DNA of 21,981 nucleotides. Origin: Cyanobacteria bacterium J06626_4 (lineage in GTDB: Bacteria; Cyanobacteriota; Cyanobacteriia; Phormidesmidales; Phormidesmidaceae). The first letter of the stretch is position 1. Every line of letters starts with the position of its first letter. This document shows positions 16,949 through 21,981 of the stretch, piece after piece. The notes beneath the pieces were generated by a model. It searched no databases and was not told the DNA's origin. It was given only the letters and a program-made list of their open reading frames with translations. The position numbers and the translations under genes are program-made. The stretch lies in the NCBI GenBank assembly GCA_038523235.1, contig JBCBJQ010000101.1:1-21981 (forward strand), written 5' to 3'.

Positions 16949-17092
16949 AAGGATGAGTTACAACTGAACCGGGGAGATTGATGCCACCCCAGCACCGCAA
17001 ACTTACTGAATCAACCGGTGCTAAAGATCTCTACCCGACCGAGGGGTGTCTTTACTAAAGCTCGAAAAAATTTCCTTGGCAAGTTCTCGTTA

Positions 17093-18247
17093 ATGAACCT
17101 TATTTCCGCTGCTGAGCCGGGATTCTGGCGATCGCTCCCAATTATGGGTCAAGTCTCTGTTGTTGGGGCCTTGCTGATGTTGGTAGGGCTCAGCGGAGCC
17201 GTTCAGGCTGACGATGCCGCCTCATTTCTAGAACTCTGTGAGGGCCGCGATCGCCAGTCTCTCGCCACCCAGCAAACTCTAGATGCTCTGCTCACCAGCC
17301 TCAAAACAGCGGATTGCGCGATCGCAAATGATACTTTGCTCGCTGCTGACTACCTGACGCTCAACGGCCTCAATATTCAAGACCTGAGCGTTTTTGCCAC
17401 GCTGCCACATCTAACGGAACTGTATTTGGGCAGCAACCAAATTACTGACTTGGCTCCGCTCAGTCAGCTCACCCAGCTCAGAGTGCTCTCGCTGGAAAAT
17501 AATGCGATCGCTGACCTCACACCGCTGGCGGCACTCACCACCTTAGAAAGCTTGTATCTGAATCAAAATCGTCTGCAAGACCTGAGCCCACTAGCTACTT
17601 TGACCAACCTGGTTGAACTGGAGGCAAGCCGTAATCAGATTGTCAATCTGCAGCCGCTCGCAGCCCTGTCCGAGCTACAAATTCTCGATTTATCTGACAA
17701 CACCATCAGTGATCTCACGCCCCTCTCGGCCTTAGAAAAATTGACCGGTTTGCGTCTGAATAGCAATGCTGTGGAGCAGCTAGCGCCGTTGCAAGGGCTG
17801 GATAATTTGACTGACCTCGGCCTCGACTCTAATCAAGTCAGCAACCTGACGCCGCTGCTCGACTTGGCTCAGCTCACCGAGCTAGATATTGACAACAATC
17901 CGATCACTGAGGGCGATCGCCGCCAGGTCGAAACTCCCATCAGTTTGCGCCGGTTGCGGCTGCAAAATACCTGCTTCGGCTGCGATTTGGCGGGGGGCGA
18001 TTTTAGCGGCGCTGACCTGATTGGCGTCTATTTAGCAGAAGCCAACCTCGCCGCCGCCAACCTGCAAGATGCGGATTTGGTCGGAGCCAACTTAGAAAAT
18101 GCCGACCTGAGCAATGCCGACCTGAGCAATGCCGACCTGACGGACACGATTTTGACCGGGGCGAACTTAGCCGGAGCCCAATTGGCGGGGGCCAATCTGT
18201 GTCGAACGCAGCTGCCCGATGACACGTTAGGACGGTGCAACCCATGA
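17093..18247 (+). CDS. Exported LRR-pentapeptide repeat fusion protein
   Basis: Probable ATG 17093 (alternative MGQVSV ~17143). Signal ...VGLSGAVQA|D, same N-cap (SFLELC...TLDALL..LKTADC..A..L), ~9 LRRs, then CFGCDL and ~14 A(D/N)Lxx pentapeptides. Confidence 0.88.
   Translation: MNLISAAEPGFWRSLPIMGQVSVVGALLMLVGLSGAVQADDAASFLELCEGRDRQSLATQQTLDALLTSLKTADCAIANDTLLAADYLTLNGLNIQDLSVFATLPHLTELYLGSNQITDLAPLSQLTQLRVLSLENNAIADLTPLAALTTLESLYLNQNRLQDLSPLATLTNLVELEASRNQIVNLQPLAALSELQILDLSDNTISDLTPLSALEKLTGLRLNSNAVEQLAPLQGLDNLTDLGLDSNQVSNLTPLLDLAQLTELDIDNNPITEGDRRQVETPISLRRLRLQNTCFGCDLAGGDFSGADLIGVYLAEANLAAANLQDADLVGANLENADLSNADLSNADLTDTILTGANLAGAQLAGANLCRTQLPDDTLGRCNP
18098..18140 (+). repeat. 15-bp tandem repeat (AATGCCGACCTGAGC x ~2.9) within the pentapeptide domain
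   Basis: Identical units at 18098-18112 and 18113-18127 plus 13 nt at 18128-18140; encodes NADLS NADLS NADL. Confidence 0.85.
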
Positions 18248-21231
18248 AAAGAAACCGGTGGGCGATCGCGGTGCTGGCGTGTTTAGCTTGGTTGTTGGCT
18301 CTGAGCCCAGCTCTGTTCGCGAACGAGCTAACACCGCCCGAGACATTTGTCGCCTGGTGCGAACGGTCAGCTGATCTGACTCCGGAAACGCGCCAAACCG
18401 TTGACGCCCTGCTTGCCGTCAGCGGCAGTGCCGACTGCCAGACCGCCCAAGATTTCCTCACCACGACAACCGAATTGGATCTGACCGCGCGGCAGATTAC
18501 CAATTTGAGTCCACTGGCAACGTTGCCGCAGCTAACGACTCTCTATGCCGGTCAAAACCAGATTGCCGATCTGACGCCCTTGTCTGACCTGAACCAGCTC
18601 ACCACCCTCTATCTGCTGGACAACCAAATTACTGACCTGCGCCCGATCGCTTCACTAAATCGTCTCACCACCCTTTCTATTGATCAGAATCAGGTGAGCG
18701 ATCTCAGCCCGCTGGCAGAACTCCCCTCGCTCACCGTGCTTTTTGCCAATAGCAATCAGGTGCGATCGCTCGCCCCCTTAGCTAACCTGACAAACCTGAC
18801 AGAACTGTACGTGGCCGACAATCAGATTGGAGATTTACAGCCCTTGGCGGGCCTGTCTCAACTGGCCTATGTGAACTTGGGCAACAATCAGCTCACAGCG
18901 GTGGATGGCTTAGCTGGTTTGACAACCCTGATTGATCTGGACCTGAGTGAAAATCGCCTAGTGCAGCTGCAGGCGCTCGCCAATTTGGCCAATCTGAACC
19001 AGCTTGATCTGCGCAACAATCCCCTCGCGACCAAAGCCTGTCCGGTGTTTCCGGCCACAGTCTGTGTGTTTAGTGACGATGCAGCCGAGCAGTATCAAGC
19101 CGGTACGGCACAGCTCGACCAGGGAGATTTTACAGCAGCGCTGGCGACGTTTGAGACCGCATTACCGATTTACCAAACTGGCGGCGATCGCCTGCGCGAA
19201 ACCGATGTGTTAGATCGCCTGGGCAATGCCTATGACGGCCTCGGCCAATATGCCAATTCACTTGATCGCTATCAGCAAGCCGCCGCGATTCGAGCGCAGG
19301 TGGGCGATCGCCAGGGCGAAAGCGACACGCTCACCAATCTGGGCATCACCTATATTCGCCTTGGCCAAACTGACCAAGCCGTCACCGCTCTGGAAGCGGC
19401 ATTGGCGATCACCACCGAGTTAATCCCGCGCGATCGCAGCTGGCTGCGACCCGCCCCGCGCGAGGGCGACATCCTCAGTGGCCTAGCCTTAGCCTATGAC
19501 CAGCTCGGCGAGGATGCCCCGGCCCTACGCTATGCCAAACAGAGTCTGGCCAGCTATCGGCGGGGGAATGACCGCACGGGTGAGGCGATCGCCTTGGTGC
19601 GGGTTGGCACGGCCTATCTCAACTTGGGTGATCGCGACAAAGCTCGCACCTATCTCGATAAAGCCCTAGAGCTGAGCGAACGATTGGGTGATCGCGCCAG
19701 CCAGGCCCGCAGTCTGCAAGCCCTCGGTGATTTTTCCGCGCAGGCGGGTGCGGTTGACACGGCGCTAGATCGTTATGCCCAAGCCCTCGCCCTCCACCGC
19801 GAGATTGACAACGCGCCCGGTGTGGGGGCAACGCTGAACGCGATGGGCACGCTGCTGCTCGAAATCGATCAGCCTCAGGCTGCCGCTGAGGCGTTGGCCG
19901 AAACAGTGGCGCTGTGGGAATCATTGCGTCCTGGTCTCACCGATGAAAACAAAATTTCCATTGCCGAAATCCAGGCCGAAACCTATCGGCTCTGGCAGCG
20001 ATCTCTGATTGCCTTGGATGACCCCGAGGCGAGTTTAGAAGCATCCGAGCGGGGCCGGGGCCGCGCCTTTATCGAACTCTTGGCGCATCGCCTGACGCTG
20101 CAGGGCCAAACCTTGCCCACCGAGCAGTTGGCCCCACCCACCATGGCCCAAATCCGCCAGCTGGCCCAAACGCAAGCCGTCACCCTAGTGGAATATGCCG
20201 TAGTCGGCGCGGATCTATACAGCTGGGTGGTGCAGCCTAACGGCACTCTACATTTCATTAGTCAATCGCTCGAAGGGCAGGCGATCGCGACCTGGGTCGA
20301 AAACAACCGGCAGGCGCTGAACATTCCCCGGCGCGGCCTCGGGGTGCAGCCCGTCATCGCCGGACAGACGCCGGAAATTGCTCCCGCTCAAGCCAACCTC
20401 AGTCGGCTATACGAACTGTTGATTGAACCGATCTTGCCCTTTTTGCCCACCGCCCCCGAGGCGACGGTCGTCATCGTGCCCCAGGGTGAACTGTTTTTGG
20501 TGCCTTTTACAGCGCTGGTCGATCGCACCGGCACGGCTCTGTTAGAACAGCACGCCTTGGCCTTTGCGCCCGCCCTGAGTCTGCTGACGATCGCCTCCGC
20601 CCAAACCGAGGCGTTAACTATTGGCAGCGGCTCAGCAGTGGTGGTCGGCAACCCCACCATGCCCGCCGACCCCAACACGGGCCGACCGCTGCAGCCGCTG
20701 TTTGGCGCTGAGACTGAAGCTTTAGCAGTGGCCGCGACGCTCAACACGCAGCCGCTGATTGGCGATGCGGCTACCAAGTCGGCCGTCATGGCCGCGATCG
20801 AACAGGTGGACATTATTCACCTGGCCACCCACGGCCTGCTTGATGATTTTGGCACGGGCATTCCCGGCGTGCTGGCGCTGGCTCCAACACCGAACGATGC
20901 TGGCTATTTGACTGCCGCTGAAATTTTAGACCTGTCGTTGACCGCGCAGCTGGCCGTTTTGAGTGCCTGTAACACTGGGCAGGGCAGCATTACGGGCGAT
21001 GGCGTGGTGGGTCTGTCGCGATCGCTGCTCACCGCTGGGGTCGACAACGTGATGGTGACGCTGTGGTCGATTCCCGATGAGCCTACCGCTGTGATGATGA
21101 CCGCGTTTTACGACGCCCTCAAGACGGAACCGAACCGGGCGATCGCCCTGCGCCAGGCCATGCTCGCCACCCGTGAACAGTTTGAGCATCCCACCAACTG
21201 GGCTGCCTTTACTCTCTATGGACTCAGTTAA
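18244..21231 (+). CDS. Exported LRR-TPR-CHAT (caspase-like, clan CD) protease
   Basis: ATG 18244 overlaps the upstream TGA (ATGA). Signal MKRNRWAIAVLACLAWLLALSPALFA|N, N-cap, ~9 LRRs, C-cap NPLATKACPVFPATVCVF, ~7 TPRs (GDR.GE...L.NLG..Y), ERGRGRAF, IVPQGELFLVPF.AL. Catalytic dyad motifs IIHLATHG and LAVLSACNTG; ends WAAFTLYG. Confidence 0.93.
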   Translation: MKRNRWAIAVLACLAWLLALSPALFANELTPPETFVAWCERSADLTPETRQTVDALLAVSGSADCQTAQDFLTTTTELDLTARQITNLSPLATLPQLTTLYAGQNQIADLTPLSDLNQLTTLYLLDNQITDLRPIASLNRLTTLSIDQNQVSDLSPLAELPSLTVLFANSNQVRSLAPLANLTNLTELYVADNQIGDLQPLAGLSQLAYVNLGNNQLTAVDGLAGLTTLIDLDLSENRLVQLQALANLANLNQLDLRNNPLATKACPVFPATVCVFSDDAAEQYQAGTAQLDQGDFTAALATFETALPIYQTGGDRLRETDVLDRLGNAYDGLGQYANSLDRYQQAAAIRAQVGDRQGESDTLTNLGITYIRLGQTDQAVTALEAALAITTELIPRDRSWLRPAPREGDILSGLALAYDQLGEDAPALRYAKQSLASYRRGNDRTGEAIALVRVGTAYLNLGDRDKARTYLDKALELSERLGDRASQARSLQALGDFSAQAGAVDTALDRYAQALALHREIDNAPGVGATLNAMGTLLLEIDQPQAAAEALAETVALWESLRPGLTDENKISIAEIQAETYRLWQRSLIALDDPEASLEASERGRGRAFIELLAHRLTLQGQTLPTEQLAPPTMAQIRQLAQTQAVTLVEYAVVGADLYSWVVQPNGTLHFISQSLEGQAIATWVENNRQALNIPRRGLGVQPVIAGQTPEIAPAQANLSRLYELLIEPILPFLPTAPEATVVIVPQGELFLVPFTALVDRTGTALLEQHALAFAPALSLLTIASAQTEALTIGSGSAVVVGNPTMPADPNTGRPLQPLFGAETEALAVAATLNTQPLIGDAATKSAVMAAIEQVDIIHLATHGLLDDFGTGIPGVLALAPTPNDAGYLTAAEILDLSLTAQLAVLSACNTGQGSITGDGVVGLSRSLLTAGVDNVMVTLWSIPDEPTAVMMTAFYDALKTEPNRAIALRQAMLATREQFEHPTNWAAFTLYGLS

Positions 21232-21281
21232 CCGACCCGCACTTGTGATGAGTACCCTTGTGGCGAATACTGCGGCAGCAG

Positions 21282-21430
21282 GGTGATGACTTAAGACACG
21301 AGTAGGCATCAGAGAACCGGTTCATCGATTTTCGTGGTGTAGATTTTGGTACTGCTGACCAAAGCAATGCGGTTTTGCGCGAGGCTGACTTCACCGGTGC
21401 CACTTGGGCATCAGGCATTAGTTGTCCTCA
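21282..21430 (+). pseudogene. Decayed pentapeptide-repeat gene fragment
   Basis: Frame reads GDDLRHE*ASENRF-IDFRG-VDFGT-ADQSN-AVLRE-ADFTG-ATWASGISCP. In-frame TAG at 21303 and no start codon. Confidence 0.55.
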
Positions 21431-21442
21431 TGCCCAAGTGGC
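21399..21442. terminator. Hairpin between convergent CHAT and LuxR genes; probable bidirectional terminator
   Basis: GCCACTTGGGCAT (21399-21411) pairs perfectly with ATGCCCAAGTGGC (21430-21442); extends inward by AGG/CCT after one mismatch. Confidence 0.6.
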
Positions 21443-21559
21443 GGTCGACCAAGCAACTAAAATAATCAGCGGTAGAGCACCTCCGCAATCATGCTAAGCT
21501 CTCTTGCCCACTCGCTTCATCGGCTTGTTATTTTGCGTTGCCGCTAATCTCATTCACGT

Positions 21560-21981
21560 TTAGGGTGTGTCTTTCAGTTTGGCGACCATTGCCGTCCGGG
21601 CAGAAACTTCTAATTTCCGAAACATGCGCTTTAGGGCTTGTTTGACAGAATTCTGAGTAATCCATAACTCTGCACCAATTTCTGCATTAGTTAACCCTTT
21701 TGCAACAAGATTAGCAATCTGAATTTCCCTGGGTGTCAGACGATCTCTAATTGGATTAGCCTTCGAAGGCAGTTTTCGCAGTTCAGCAAGACGGGCAGAG
21801 AAGTGGGTACAAACAGCACCTAAATTAGCAAGATCAGACTGATTAAATGCCGGAATATGACCAATACGTGCACAGTTAATTGTGCCAACTAAATGGCCGT
21901 GCCCTACTAGCGGCCCAGTCATAATATGCTCATGATTATGGATGGAACAACATCGTTGATACAACTCGCTTTGTTTCCAGG
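21560..21981 (-). CDS. LuxR-family transcriptional regulator with GAF-like sensor domain (5' end outside window)
   Basis: Frame stays open to the window edge (..WKQSELYQRCC). C-terminal LTPREIQIANLVAKGLTNAEIGAELWITQNSVKQALKRMFRKLEVSAR is a LuxR HTH. The upstream MTGPLVGHGHLVGTINCAR..F...DL segment is GAF-like. Confidence 0.88.
   Translation of the reverse strand, partial: WKQSELYQRCCSIHNHEHIMTGPLVGHGHLVGTINCARIGHIPAFNQSDLANLGAVCTHFSARLAELRKLPSKANPIRDRLTPREIQIANLVAKGLTNAEIGAELWITQNSVKQALKRMFRKLEVSARTAMVAKLKDTP

Larger units (their letters stand above)
677..21146. repeat. HIP1 octamer GCGATCGC, dispersed
   Basis: Roughly 30 copies by eye (e.g. 5172, 7749, 9231, 10802, 20281), far above chance for an 8-mer in 22 kb; a cyanobacterial hallmark. 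Confidence 0.9.

Noticed and set aside
18244..21231. Craspase (Csx29) or Avs/NLR-type antiphage protein
   Set aside because: No Cas7-11 or CRISPR nearby, no STAND/NACHT Walker A motif, and the protein has an export signal.

Overview
Cyanobacterial chromosomal segment: dense HIP1 GCGATCGC octamers, psbM, a PetC-type Rieske paralog and a cyanobacterial-type Hsp20. A filamentous Leptolyngbya-like host is only an inference. Housekeeping or conserved genes are menB, xth, a CbbY-like HAD hydrolase, psbM (missed by the ORF track), hspA, a BT1 folate/biopterin transporter, a carotenoid cleavage oxygenase and a GST. Two accessory regions are built on one exported internalin-like LRR module (Cys-containing helical N-cap, 22-aa LRRs, 'NPL..CPV.P..C.F' C-cap). 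(1) 5133-8086 is a tandem, turning-over LRR array. It holds one intact gene with mosaic internal repeats, one gene broken by a single extra base in a C7 tract, an N-terminal pseudogene and two orphan C-cap remnants inside a ~330-bp block duplicated at a 1968-bp offset. (2) 13227-21430 is a divergent cluster of predicted exported proteins. On the minus strand are a FecR-like/Cys-rich protein, a TPR-M48 metalloprotease and a Tat Rieske protein. On the plus strand are an LRR-pentapeptide fusion translationally coupled to a signal-peptide-LRR-TPR-CHAT (caspase-like) protease, then a decayed pentapeptide fragment. The LRR repertoire plus the LRR-gated caspase-like protease is the best candidate for an undescribed extracytoplasmic recognition/proteolysis system. 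The window ends in a 5'-truncated, lower-GC LuxR-family regulator. All family calls come from motif recognition by eye, with no database searches.
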